From the NCBI RefSeq assembly GCF_009914755.1, contig NC_060926.1: DNA of 64,000 nt. One strand, written 5' to 3'. Made by a program: the position numbers and the translations under genes. Shown here piece by piece: positions 37,621 to 51,514 of this stretch; the first letter of the stretch is position 1; each line of letters begins with the position of its first letter. Source of the DNA: the human T2T-CHM13v2.0 reference genome, Homo sapiens. Below the pieces are notes generated by a model. The model did not search any database. It had not been told where the DNA came from and saw only the letters and a program-made list of their open reading frames with translations.

Positions 37621-39464
37621 ACTTAGGCTCTTACACACCCCAACTGAAATTCAGCCACAAGCAGAATGAAATTGCCAAAGGACTGCTACTTTTTTCAGTA
37701 ATGCCTTGGAGGTAGGACATTTTTACTAAGCTGAGGTTTCAGTCAGATCAAATAGCTATAGTATCCAGGAACAGAGATTTTCTCTAAAGTTGCATATTTT
37801 GGACAAAATGTCTACTGTGCTTTGGAGCAAGAACATTTAATGGAGCTCCAAAAATTGTCAGTCCTCCGTGGTTTCAAGAGTACCAGCAACTACCATGCCA
37901 CTAAGCTGGGAAAGAGGGGATAACAATAGTGTCAAGTTAAAACATGAAAGACCCTACTGGGTTTTTTTTTTATTCGATATTCAGCGCATTGTTTTCCTTT
38001 TCAGTTTGTTCTGTGTCTTTGGTTAATTTCTAGAGTTCTGAAATGGTTGGCTTTAGTTTTGCTAGTATTTTCTTTGTTTTTAAGGGAAAGCAAGTTCAAC
38101 AAGGTCCACACTCCACCAGTTTGGAAGATGATCTCCACCCATATACTGTTGCCTGACTTCAGAGGATAGTGTATGTACAACAGGACATGATAGTTGTTTT
38201 GTTTCCTTGTAGCGGCTTTGCATAATTTGTTATAGAAATTCAAAGTAGATGTAGACAGGGCCATTTTTTATTAATTCAGTCAACAAATATTTATAAAGTA
38301 TCTACTAAATACCAATGAATAAGACCATATATACACCCTTAACAAGGGTAAAGTCTGGAAAGAGGAGAGAAACTAGCTCTTGTTGAGCATATACTATTTG
38401 CCACTACTATGCTAGATATATTACTATCTTAGCAGGAAAAGAGAAGATAAGTAGAATCTTCATCTAAAGGTCAAAACTTTAGGTTGAGTCATGAAGAAGA
38501 GTAGGAAATTATCAGCTAGACCTAGTGCAGAGAATATTTCTAGGTAGTGAGAACACTGACTTCAGATGATGAAAGATTATGTTTCAGTAAGGATTGTTAT
38601 TGAAGGTCTGATAATGCCTGCCTATTTAGTGTAACTCAACCCAACACTATTTGGAGTAAACTTCAAAAAAAAAACAAAAAACAAAGTAACAAATCTATAC
38701 TTAACCAAGATTTTAACACTGATACAAAAAAAAAGATAACTAAACAAAGATAAAACAAAAATAACTTTGTCATTATTATATAAACCTAAGAGTTTTATAA
38801 CAATTAGGAGATGATTGGCTCTATTAGTTGTGCTGTATTGTCACAGTCAACTTCAGGGTCTGTAGGTATAAGTTCCTGTTTATTTCTGCCAAGTCAAAAA
38901 CTAAATTAAAGTAGAATAAATTCCTTACAAAATTATTAGATCCAATTTTGTTTGAAAAATAATGTGGGAGGAATAAAAATAGGAAAATCAGCTTGGTTTT
39001 GACCTGCCATCACACACAGTCACAGCTGCTCTGATTAATGAAGATATTACCCGATTGGAAGAGCAGGTGAAAGAAACTCTTGACCTCAGAGAGCTGGAAT
39101 AAGTTCATGTGGGAGTTGAAAAGAAGATTTTAAAATATCAAATATATCTTTGCCATCAGCTCTCATGGCATGGTATGCACCTCCAGAAAGAAAAATGGAT
39201 CCTGTAAAGTGGAATTTGGACCAAAGCTGCCTTTGGTAAAAACAAATTAGAATACGTCTTTCACAAGACTTGAAATTCATTTTGCAGTATTTTCAAGTGC
39301 TACCAGTACTACCACCCTCTCACTTCAAATGCATGAAACCAATTCCAAATAAAAAGGGTTTTGAGGCATGCCAGTGGCTGGTACTAAACAATGTTATATT
39401 GTAATTATATATAAGACAAATAATAACTTAGCTCGGGGGGAAAGTCCAAAGACGAATTACCTAC

Positions 39465-39780
39465 TGTGCCAGTTGAATTGTTTCTGTGATAAGTGACAAA
39501 AGCTATAACAATATGGGTCTTAAAGGATAAGGGCATTTACTACATCACTGAACAAGAATCTGGAAAGAGCTTGGTCCAGAGTTGGTTAATTTGGGACTAA
39601 ATAACATAATCAAGGGCTTGAAGTACTCTCTCTTTGTACTTAGTCATTCTCAGAGTGTTGCTTTCATTAGAAAATTTGTTTCATCATGATCACAAGATGA
39701 CTGCCATTGCTCTAAGAATCAATCCAATGAATTACCAGGTCCAAAGTCTGGTAGGTCAGCTACTTTACAAGTCTCTAATG
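39465..39780 (-). mobile_element. Old MLT1 (K/L/N-like) LTR relic
   Basis: GATAAGTGACAAAAGC...GATCACAAGATGACTGCCATTGCTC motif pattern; heavily diverged. Confidence 0.4.
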
Positions 39781-40431
39781 GGGGAGAAGCCCGTAGCCAC
39801 TGTATGTGACCACACAGGTTGTACACCTCACAACTCCAGAGGAGCAATCACACAACCCACAATGAGTATGGCAACTTACAGAGATGACCAAACACAGCAG
39901 TCCTAAGATATCCTTTTCAAGAATCCACCAGAATAAATCTCCCCAGGGTTGGAGACTGGGTCCTGTATTTATGCCTTGCTTGCTGATGAGCCTGGGAAAC
40001 CAAGTTTCTTGCATGTTCAGTCTCTCTTGTGGAAGGCAGGCTCAGCCAAGCACACTCTGCCAGGAAATAAGGGAGAAAGAAAATGCTGCTGGCCATGTAG
40101 TCTATGCATCTGCCTTTCACTCGCCTGTGATTTAGTCCTAATATGACCACTCATTGGTTATGGCAAATACCCATGCTTCCAATTATCCCTATTGAAATAT
40201 AATCTTTCATTCTTTTTCTTTAGTTTCATTATTATTGAATTCAAATTAAAAGTGTTGAACACTTAGTCAGAATGAAAATATATATAAGCAACTTAGTAAG
40301 ATACAGCAAAAGCCACAAAAATATACATGGCTTTTGACCTGTAATACTACCTCAGAAAAATCAATCCAAGAAATACTTTAATATATGTGATCAAATTATA
40401 TATAATAAACACACACACGTGTGTGTGTGTG

Positions 40432-40796
40432 TGTATTAGTCCATTCTCACGCTGCTATGAAAAAATACCCAAGACTGGGTAATTTATAAACCAAAGAGGG
40501 TTAACTGACTTACAGTTCTGCATGGCTGGGGAGACCACATGAAAATTATAGTCTTGGCGGAAGGGGAAGTAAACACGCCCTTCTTCACATGGCAGCAGGA
40601 GAGAGAAGTGCTGAGCAAAGGCGGAAAAGTGCCTTATAAAACCATCAGATCTCATGAGAATTTACTCACTATCATGAGAACTGTATGGGGGTAACCACTC
40701 CCTTGATTCAATTACCTCCCCTCCCTCAACATGTGGGGATTATTGTAACTACTATTCAAGGTGAGATTTGGGTGGGGACACAGCCAAACCATATCA
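40432..40796 (-). mobile_element. THE1C/D solo LTR
   Basis: TGTATTAGTCCATTCTCACGCTGCTA...GGGGACACAGCCAAACCATATCA. Confidence 0.92.
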
Positions 40797-41199
40797 ATGC
40801 GCAAGAAAATGTTAATAACGAATTTTAGTGTTGAAAACTAAATAAGCAACTTTGAGGACATTTGGATTGTATATAGAAGTAATTTTGTTATTTTGATATT
40901 ATCAAATAACTCAATGCACTCTTTAGAATTATCAGATAATACATACTTGTTGAACGGCAACAACATAGAAAATAGGAGTGAACAAATATAGACCCTACCC
41001 TGATGAGACCGGCGATTTATTAGGCAGGCACAACTTTCATGGTGTGATCTCAATTTAGAACAAATTACCAAAGTCTGGCCTAAGAAACTGAAGGACTCCT
41101 TTTAGAGAGACAGAGATTAAAGCTGAATATTGAGAATGAAAAAGAAACTCAGTCAAAGCCCTTGGAGATAGGAACTAATATCAAATTTCAGCAACAACA

Positions 41200-41360
41200 T
41201 CTTACTTTTCTATAATGCTGTACAGTTTATGAAATGCATCTCCCTAGTAAAGGAGACCTTGTAATCTCCATTTTACAAGAAATGACAGTTCAGAGGAGTA
41301 AAGTAACTTACCTAGTTTCTATACAACCAGTAAATAGATAAAAATTAGACTCAAACATGT
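41200..41360 (-). mobile_element. MIR relic
   Basis: CTCCATTTTACAAGA...CAGAGGAGTAAAGTAACTTACC core. Confidence 0.55.
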
Positions 41361-42309
41361 ATCTAAAGGAAGGAGTTCAAGACCAGAAACCAGGAAATAA
41401 GGTGACGTACATAAGCTCCAATGCAAACAATCTTTTTTTTTGGTAGCCACATATTTTATTTTCTTGGTGTAATTATCAGTCTTTTAGGGGGAAAAAAGAT
41501 CCTTGACTTAACTCTGACTTTTGACAACTAAACACATAAAAACATAATTAACAATAAAAGGGCACAATAGGTGCCAGAAGATTGGAACACTTCGGTGTTC
41601 AAGGCAAGATCTGTTTCTTCCTAATCTTATTTGTTCTTAATGCTGTCATTGACAGGAGTTTAGGATTTATCATTTTCCTTTCAAAGAACAGAACTCTGAT
41701 GTATGTGCTGACTTGTCCCACCTCAAGTCATCTAGCAGTTGGAAAAATAGAACCCGCTGCATTTCAATCCAGGACCATTTTTTCGTAATAGAAGATTTTG
41801 CCATATTAATAAATCATTCTAAGGGCTATCTTCCCTTGATCTAGAGGTCATATTTTACAAGAGAAAAATATGTTTGGGGTTTCTAAGTAACAGCTTTTGC
41901 TCCAGGCAGATCTAACCAACCAGTTCCTTGGAAGCATCTGCTATTTTTCTTTTACATGGTGAAATACTACATCATGGGTTGAAGTACAGCACATGTTAGA
42001 TTAAAAAAAAAAATGAGAGACAATTACCATATATTTTATAAACATCTACAATAATATTTAATTATTTGGGGCTAAATAAATTCTGTTATACTATTAAACC
42101 TGAGGATATCTGTATTTGGGTGGAAGTTGGAGACAGAAATACATAGCAATTGGTCACTTTAATTTTCACAAATTGGTTTTCAGTTTTTCTAACATAATAA
42201 TTCCAATGCTTGCTTATTTTTTCTTTAGAGGATATCTGAAAATAACATAATTTCTTCTATAATTTCAAGTCGTTTTCTTTTTTAAAACCATAATTCTGTG
42301 TAGTATCTA

Positions 42310-42599
<290 letters not shown>

Positions 42600-43948
42600 T
42601 TAGAGGCTCTGTTTTTCCTAACATGTCATTAAACCACCTTTCAATTGTCACTCTTAAATCAAAAGTACTCCTAAATGTCAATCCATAAAAATTTGACAAT
42701 TCACTCCATTATTCAGATTGTTCTTAAAGTGATCAACAGTGGGCTCTGTGAAACAACACACATTTCTCTCATTAAAAAAAAAAAACTAGTTTAATAATCT
42801 CAGACACTAATTTTTTACAGAAAATATTTTCATTCCTGCTGCTATGTAATTTCAACCACAGCCACTCCCAAGTATTTAAACTCACAGGACATGCTGAAAT
42901 GAACTGTATTAATTAAAGTACATTATCAACCCTATCTACTCCTCCCCTAGATTACTAATTTGGTCCTACTTCAAAGGACAGAGCAAAGCAGTAATTGGTA
43001 GCTTTTCCAGGACTTAATGAGCACATAAACTTAAACAACCATGACAACCATTCCCACTTCGTAAAACATAATTTTTATGACTGCCATTCAAGTTTGCCCA
43101 GCCCTCAGCATGGTTTCCAGATTTACTTAACAGAGGATGATAACAATCATGCCGAGTTATAGCCTACCAAATATTAAGCTGCAAATCCATGCTTTATCTT
43201 AGGAGACATTAAAACCATGGCTCTATGTATAGATTTCCGGCATGGACTACATGGCATAGGATCCTCAACTCATCTAAAAGAGCATGAATTTCAATTCAGG
43301 GTTTGTTTTTTGTTTTGTTTGTGTTGCTTGTTCTAAGCAAGAGAGAGATGTAAATCAGATGTGCTGCTGACGATGGTGTTAGAGTATTGGTGAGGATCTG
43401 CAATCCACAGGCAGTACAAAGGGTTAGTAGACCTTTCAGTAACAGGAAATCAGAGGAGAAAATTGGAGCAAACGAGCCCAACAAGCATGTTAGTTTATTT
43501 CATCTTTCAGGGAAGAACTTTTAGAGGTACTTTTCTGCTAATTTATGCTCTAAAGCTGGCATTCCCATTTCTCTTCTCACCTGCCCCTGTTCTAAACAAG
43601 TAATCTATCATTTTAAACATAATGCTGCGTTAAAAAAAAATTAAGGAAGTCCCCAATATCTTAAAATAACTCTAACAGTGGCAATTGTCTGATTTTGAAA
43701 GGCCTTACTGTACATTATTCTGTGTCACTTAATAGTTACATTGCTGTGTTGGAAACAAGGATTTTCAGAGTTATAATGGCTTTTTCAAAAATCTCCTCAT
43801 TTCTCTGAGCCTCCTGGAGAGGATGTACATTTCTCGATGCCTTTTCCTCATGCCCCATTAGGAAACGAATGGCTTCTGTGGATCCCACTCAATTTACAAC
43901 TCAACTTTCTCTTTTTTTATTTTTGTAATTTTTTTGTTTTCATTTTTT

Positions 43949-44185
43949 GGCTTAAAACAACGGAAATTTATTGTCATAACTCAGGAGGTCAGAAGTCTGA
44001 AATCAAGGTATCCATAGGGTTGGCTCCTACTTTGGGGCTCAGAGGGAGAGTCTGCTCAACGCCTCTGGCCTAGATATGGTGGTTGCCAGCAATCCTTGGT
44101 GTATTTTCGCTTGTGGCAGCATCATTCCAATCTGCCTCCACTGTCCCTACAGCATTCTTCTGTGGGTCTCTATCTCTGTGGAACT
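43949..44185 (-). mobile_element. MLT1 (C-like) LTR fragment
   Basis: GGCTTAAAACAACGGAAATTTATT...AGAAGTCTGAAATCAAGGT...CCAATCTGCCTCC. Confidence 0.8.
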
Positions 44186-45585
44186 CACCTTTCAATAGCA
44201 ATGCAAGATTTATTTGGTTTCTACCAAATAAATCAGTAAGTTCAGAACTTACTGATGATGTACTCACATGTAGAAGACCTAGTAGTAAAGAGAAGTTCTT
44301 GAAATTTGACCAAGAATGACCACAGATCCTGTTTTTAACCATGCTGGTTCCATGGGTACTCAGATCTGAAATCTTCAATGTCTTAAAAAATGAATATTTC
44401 ATATACATCTACCAATTGAGCCCTATGAATAGACATATAGAAATTAAAGTCAGATATCTCAAAGTTAAGTTTGTTTTAACTTTGACCACTGACCTTCCTT
44501 TCTATACTGATAACCAGAGTAATATTTTCAAATGAGAGATAATTTAAAATGCCAAGAAAAACAAAAAGCTCTATAAGAAATTAATGGTCTACATACAAAG
44601 CAAACTAAAATGTATGATTTTTTTAGCAGGAGTTGCATTATTTTTTTAAAAGGACATAGAGAATCCATTTGTCCTTGATACTAGCAACATCTCCTCTTGA
44701 GTGGCATGGGTTAGTGTTTATAGATTACATTTTCTTAAAAGCCCAAACATACTAGATTTTGAAGTAAACAACACTTATATAATTATAATATTGTAAAACC
44801 TGCTTATTGAATTTTTGTTTTTAGAATCAATCTGTAGGATAAAGCATAGCAAACTTAATAATAATCATATTTGAAAAAAACTATACACATCTACACCGCT
44901 AATGCCATACATGAAAATAAACTCCAGGAAAGAACAGCGTATTTGAGATTTAAAGGATATTATTTGTAAAATTAAAAATAAGTGGTAGGCTGATACCAAC
45001 CATGGTTAGAACTTCCCTAAATCAAGAAAACTGATAATTGACTAGAAAAGATGGGTAAAGTTTATGAAAGGATAATATACCAAAGAAATAAAAAAAGAGA
45101 AAGATTCTCAAACTCATTGGTAATCACGGAAAGGCAAATTAAGTCAACAATAATACATCACTTCTGTCCTATCAGATCAACAAAAATTAAAGTGACTAAT
45201 AAAATCTCATTTACTATCAGTAGGCATGCAAATTGGTAATTTCTTCTCAGAATAATATGGCATTACCTACCACAACTTAAAATGTTCATATCCTTGACCC
45301 TTTGTTTCTACATGTGATAATCTGTTCCTTAATATTACTCAACCCAGTAACAAAGATGCAAATAAAATATTGTCACTGAACATTCTGTGAACACGAAAAA
45401 TTAGAAACAACTATCTTTTAACAGCTGAGTGCCTATATTATGGTGCATTTATTTATATGCATTAACTGGAAGAAATATTTCTGATATATTGCCTGAACAA
45501 AAACAAGTATCAGTGCAATGTACATGGCTGTATGTTTCTATTAAAAACAAACAAACAAACAACAACAACAAAAAAACAGTGAACT

Positions 45586-45871
45586 GGCTTGGCACACTGA
45601 CTCATGCCTGTAATCCCAGCACTTTGGGAGGCTGAGGAGGATCACTTGAGACCAGAAGTTCAAGACCAGCCCAGGCACCATGGCAAGACCCTATCACTAC
45701 AAAGAAATTGTTTTCATTAGCCTTATATGGTAGTGCATGCCTATAGTCCAAGCTACTCAAGGCTGAGCCAGGAAGATCACTTGAGTCCAGGAGTTCAGGG
45801 TTACAGTGAACTATGATCATGCCATTGCACTCTAGCCTGGGCAACAGAGCAAAACCCTAATTAAAAAAAAA
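45586..45871 (+). mobile_element. AluJ within an L1ME relic (about 44780-45585)
   Basis: J-type arms, ACAGTGAACTATGATCATGCC; TSD approximately AAAAAAA(C)AGTGAA. Confidence 0.9.
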
Positions 45872-47819
45872 GTGAATAAACATCTGTATGTATTTTCTAA
45901 CATGGAAATGATTGCAAGCACTATTAATCAGTAAAAAGTATAAGCCATGATGAATTTTTTTCCTTTTAAAGGTATATAAAAATTCTAGGTCACTAAGGAA
46001 GACAGAAGGAAGAATCACAATTTTTAACAAGAATGTATCAATTATTTTCTGTGAATTATTTTTTGCATAATAAGTAAAAGACAAAAGGAATCTATTACAT
46101 ATCAATATAGACTGGCAATAAAGCCATCCTAAAAAATAAGTAAAATGAACCAAGAACATGGGTGAAGGAGGAAATAACCAACCTGAACCGCAGGGCCTCA
46201 CCTCTCCATTTCCATGCCAGCACTACTTAGCTGGGTTAAGGGTTGCCATCCTGCTCTTTCCAACATTCTAGGTTGAAAGTTTAAAATGTAAAGAATCAAA
46301 TCTTGCAGAAGTGAATTTCTCCTACTTAAATTCATCAAAAGAAATGGTTATCCCTTTGAATTTGTCACTCTTCTTTATAAAATTTGATTCACTTGGCAAT
46401 AAAATCCTGAACCAAGGGAAGACTAAAATGAAGCAGAATGTATCATTTAATGAGAAAACAAAGGTGAGAATCCTGCCTCAATTCAAAACTATCAACTATT
46501 AACCAATGAGGAGATGACACTAAAACACTAAATTACCAGAAGAAAATACTACAGTAAAAAGTACAGTAGCCAAAATAGTACATTCGTCAAATTGTTAAAG
46601 TAAAAGGGTATACAATTTTATTAATTAATTTTTGAGCTTGGACTAGACTTTTTTGAATACTTTGTCCATATTCATTTGATAAAGAACAGGTTAATGATAT
46701 CCTGTTAGAGTAGAGTGGGGCACACATCTAATCAGAATAATTCATCATTGTGATTTTCCAAAGTTTCATATAGCCCAGGATATATCAAGGAATTATAAAC
46801 AAATGAGAAAACCTTTAATTGACAGTTTTTAAAACAATGTCCAACTATGTCTTACCTGCAAAATGTCTACGAATTAATGACTTAAAGAATTATATTTCAT
46901 AAGTGTATAATTAATGATAAGTCCTGCAGCAGCCACAGAGGCCAGATGACTGAAAACTCAGAAAATTTAGTTTTTATTTTAGTTAGGATGGCTAACTTGA
47001 GTTCTACTCAAGTTATGGCCAGGGAAAAAGTTTTTTCTGTATTTGATTTAAGTTTAGCCGAATAAAAATGGCATTTTATCCAGATTTAGACACAGAATAT
47101 ATCATAGAGACGGAAGTTATTGTCTTGAAGATATCATCTGAACAAGTTTCCTGAATTAAGAAAAGAGCTTTCATTCCCACTTTACAGATAAAGAAACTTG
47201 AATTTAAAGAAGAGATTACATGAAAAAAGTAGATTGACAACCTGATCTTCCTATAAGACCGCTGATACTTCCAGTCTACTATGTTATATATTCTTTTTCC
47301 AGATTTATTCTATGGTACCAGTGTGCATTGGCTGTACTATTTTTAGTTCTGGACAGAATTAATGGAATGTGTTAATAATGAGGAAGTGCATAAGGACAAG
47401 GCTGTAGTGCAATCTATTAGAATTAGTTAAGACAATCAGAATTTTCACTTTCCAGCCTTCCTTTCTAGTCTTCTCAAACCCCTGTACCTATAATTCACAT
47501 AATTCATTCTAAGCATTTAGCTTTTGGGTATATTTCTCTTTTATCTTGGAATTTCATTTAAGAGAAATCTATAAACAATTAGAAGGAGACTACTTATTAT
47601 AAAGACTAACATTTACTTTCTTTTCATCTGGTAGTGTGATGTATTTCTTCCTCTCCCTTTTAACTTTCTACTTTTGTTCTTATAAAGAATCTGCTTGCCT
47701 GGATACTTTGACTTTATGCTGCCCTATGAGAAAGGGCTTCTTTCTGTTGACAAGAGGATATATACAGAAATCTTAGAGCATGTTTTATTTTTTTCCATTA
47801 TGCTTTTCAAATTTATTAT

Positions 47820-48204
<385 letters not shown>

Positions 48205-48733
48205 TCAAAGGTGAAAAACAGATCCTACTTCATATCAGATCAATAAGAAACCATCTAGCTTTGGACTATAAAAAAGCACCTTGGGTTACCTCTTCTATCC
48301 TTTTCTTATAACAGCCTTCTTTACTTTTACTGCTTCATCTGACTGTATTACAGAAGTGACTTTAATCTGTGGCTTTGATTAAACAACAATGGCAGCCAGA
48401 AGCAATGATATAAGGTTTAAGAGACTGAAACTGCTGAAATATTGAGCACATTTATTGTGTGCTGAAATAGATCAGCATAGTGCAGATAAAGCTTAGGAGA
48501 CATGTCCATCTCCACTACAGAATTGAATTTAATGAAACTTGCTTGCCCTTGAGTGATATTTACTTTTGCTTTGACAGCTCAAGTCCTGTCAGAAATACTG
48601 TTTCTCTGGGAAAATGTTGTAGTGATCATTATCTAGCTATTGGAAATCTTTGGTTGCACAAAGAGTTTGTTGAAATGGGATCTAAACTTCATGTTCTTCA
48701 AATCACTGAAAGGTAAAGAAAAAAGGATAGCTA

Positions 48734-48888
<155 letters not shown>

Positions 48889-51514
48889 AAGAATATTATG
48901 TGGTAGGAAGGCAGCAACAGGAGTAATTGATCCTGCTTTAGAGTGTGTGGGTTGAGATGGGAAAGGGAAAAAAAGAGTATTATCTTATATTTATATTCCA
49001 TCATTAATTTTTCAGTATATTTCTATATCTATTATCCTTACCACAATCGCAAGATATGAGTGGATTAAGTATGACTATATATAATTCACAGAGTAGTCTA
49101 AGGGCACATGGATGGTGAAAGAAGTGATACAAAAACCCATCTCTAACTCCTAATTTTTTATTCTCCTCGCTTATTTTTTGTTGTTGTTGTTGTTGTTCCA
49201 TGTATTTATTCCTATTTTGGTTCCCAAATTCTTTTTTCTCTTCTCTTGGATCCTATATTGCTATTTCCTATTTTGGTTCTCATATTCCTGTGGCCCAGTT
49301 CATACCATTTAGGGTTAAAGTACCTAATTCAATGCTTGAATTGAAAGCACTCAGTAAATACAAATGAGATTTAATTGAAGTATTTATACAATCAGCAAGA
49401 TTCACTCACTTTTGCTTTTTGTCTGTTGTGTTTCTACAAGAGTATCTCTAACTATTCCTTATTTCTGCCTGTTGTAGGTCTTTCATCTGAATCAGCAAGA
49501 AGATATACGCCTTTTTACAGAATACTCTGCACAGAGAAAATCCCAACCCTTCCTTCAAATACCATCTTTCAAAACATTTCTGAGAATGTCATCTCTTTTC
49601 CTTAGGCAATGGGAGTGCACTAAAATACACTCTTGATTTGTCCAAATAGCCTGGGGTAAGAATTTCCATAACAGACTCTCCACTGAATGTAGACAAAATT
49701 TTCCCCAAAGGGGACTCCAATTTTATCTGCCTTGGGAAATAGAAACTAAAGAGAGAAAGAGAAAGAAGATTTTCTAAAAATTCTCTGGATTCAGGAATTT
49801 AAGTGAAAGAAAGACGGTCTTGTCTACTCCAAGTCCCATTCAAACAATTGGATTTCCACTTGGAATGGTTGTCTCTTTAAACAAAGGTGTTATTTTAATG
49901 AACACGAAAGGAAGCATTTTACTTCCTCTTACACTTGGAACTGAAAACATTTTGTTGAGGAGAGCAGAAGAGGTAACATGTCACTGAAACTGAAATATAA
50001 GCATACTTACATAGAAATTGGGAATTTACATTGCAACTGAGTTTATTATCTTCTTTGATTTAACATTTACTGACTTTTTTAAAGGAATCCGAATACTCTT
50101 CAGACATCAGACGCTTAGAGAAGCAGTCCTCACATTGCATCAAAACCTACCAGATTTTAAAGATTAAGCCTTTTGGATCATTTAAAGTGGTAGGGGTGAG
50201 TGGTTGCAAATCCTCATCTATACTTTAACAGCACTTTAATATTTTAGTTACTTTAAACCATACCTTTGCTAATTCCAATCAAGTTACATTGAACCACTGT
50301 AGCCACTACATTGACCATGGCATCAAAGACAGGAAGTAATTATAGCTTTTTAAATAATATCTTCTAATCTATGCTCTTACTAAGTTTACAGTTCATTCCA
50401 ATACTTTTAGCATTGGCAGAAAGCTCTCACAGGCTTTTCCCTCTTACCACCCTCAGTTTTCCTTCTACTCTTTACATATTCTTATTGAAATATTTTAGTT
50501 GCCAAGAGTATCCCCATTAGTGAAGACCTTAATAAAATTAATTATAACTGGTAACTTGAATAAAAGTCTTTTTTTAGGAAAAAAAAGGTAACATTTTCTA
50601 TTTTACGCTGAATTTAAAGAAATCTGCTTCTGTAACAGTATTTCAGGTTTCTGGCAGCTCATCCTCCAGTTACATTTAAAATTTAAAGGAATAAATATTC
50701 ATCTTTAATGAGATAGCATGAAAGCACTTCTGTGTAATCAAAAAGGAATTCATTTGTAAATTTGAAACTTTTTTAACAGAAAGAAAAAACCTAACAAAGA
50801 AGCTTTGACCTGTAAAGAAACATTCAATCTTTTAGAACTATTTTCTAAAAATGCACATACTGCATTCAATGTAGAGCTCAAACATGCCCCAAGCACAGAA
50901 CTGAGAATACTAATCTAACTTGAAACTATAGAGTTTAAGGAAGAAGTTTTACATTTTCTACTAGGAAATTCAGTCTGGGGATCAAGAGGACCGGGTTTTT
51001 AATCCGTACCCTGCTACAAATCTCTGACTTTGGGCAAGTCACTTCACTGGCTTGAAGGGTGGTAGACATTCTGTTATATTAGGCTGCTTCCAGCCCTATC
51101 ATTCTAATATTCATAAATTATAATGGATGTCCAATTGTCTTTGGTTCTTATAATAAAGCTACCCAGGTCAGATAAGTAATGTGTTGCTGAAAGGCAGTCA
51201 ATCCATGAAAAGTATCTAGAGCTTTAAAGTAGAAGAGACATATTTAGTACTTTATGTTTCATTTGAGTTTTTACCAAATTGGTCAATTTATTTATTCAAC
51301 ATGCATTACTCCAGGTAATCTGCTGAGGGTACAAAGTTGAATAAAACCCAGTTCCTGCTCTTGACAGTTTCATGGTCTACTGTAAAGGAAATAAGGGTGA
51401 AAACACATCATAGCAACAATGTGATAAGTGCTATAACAAAGGTATGAACCAGGAACAAAGATAAAATTCTTTTTGTGCCCAAAGATGACAGGATTACATA
51501 CGATTAAAAGTGTG

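Noticed and set aside
38988-39102. Protein-looking + strand reading ...TAALINEDITRLEEQVKETLDLRELE*
   Set aside because: It is short, has an in-frame stop just upstream, lacks a convincing acceptor and matches no family I recognise.
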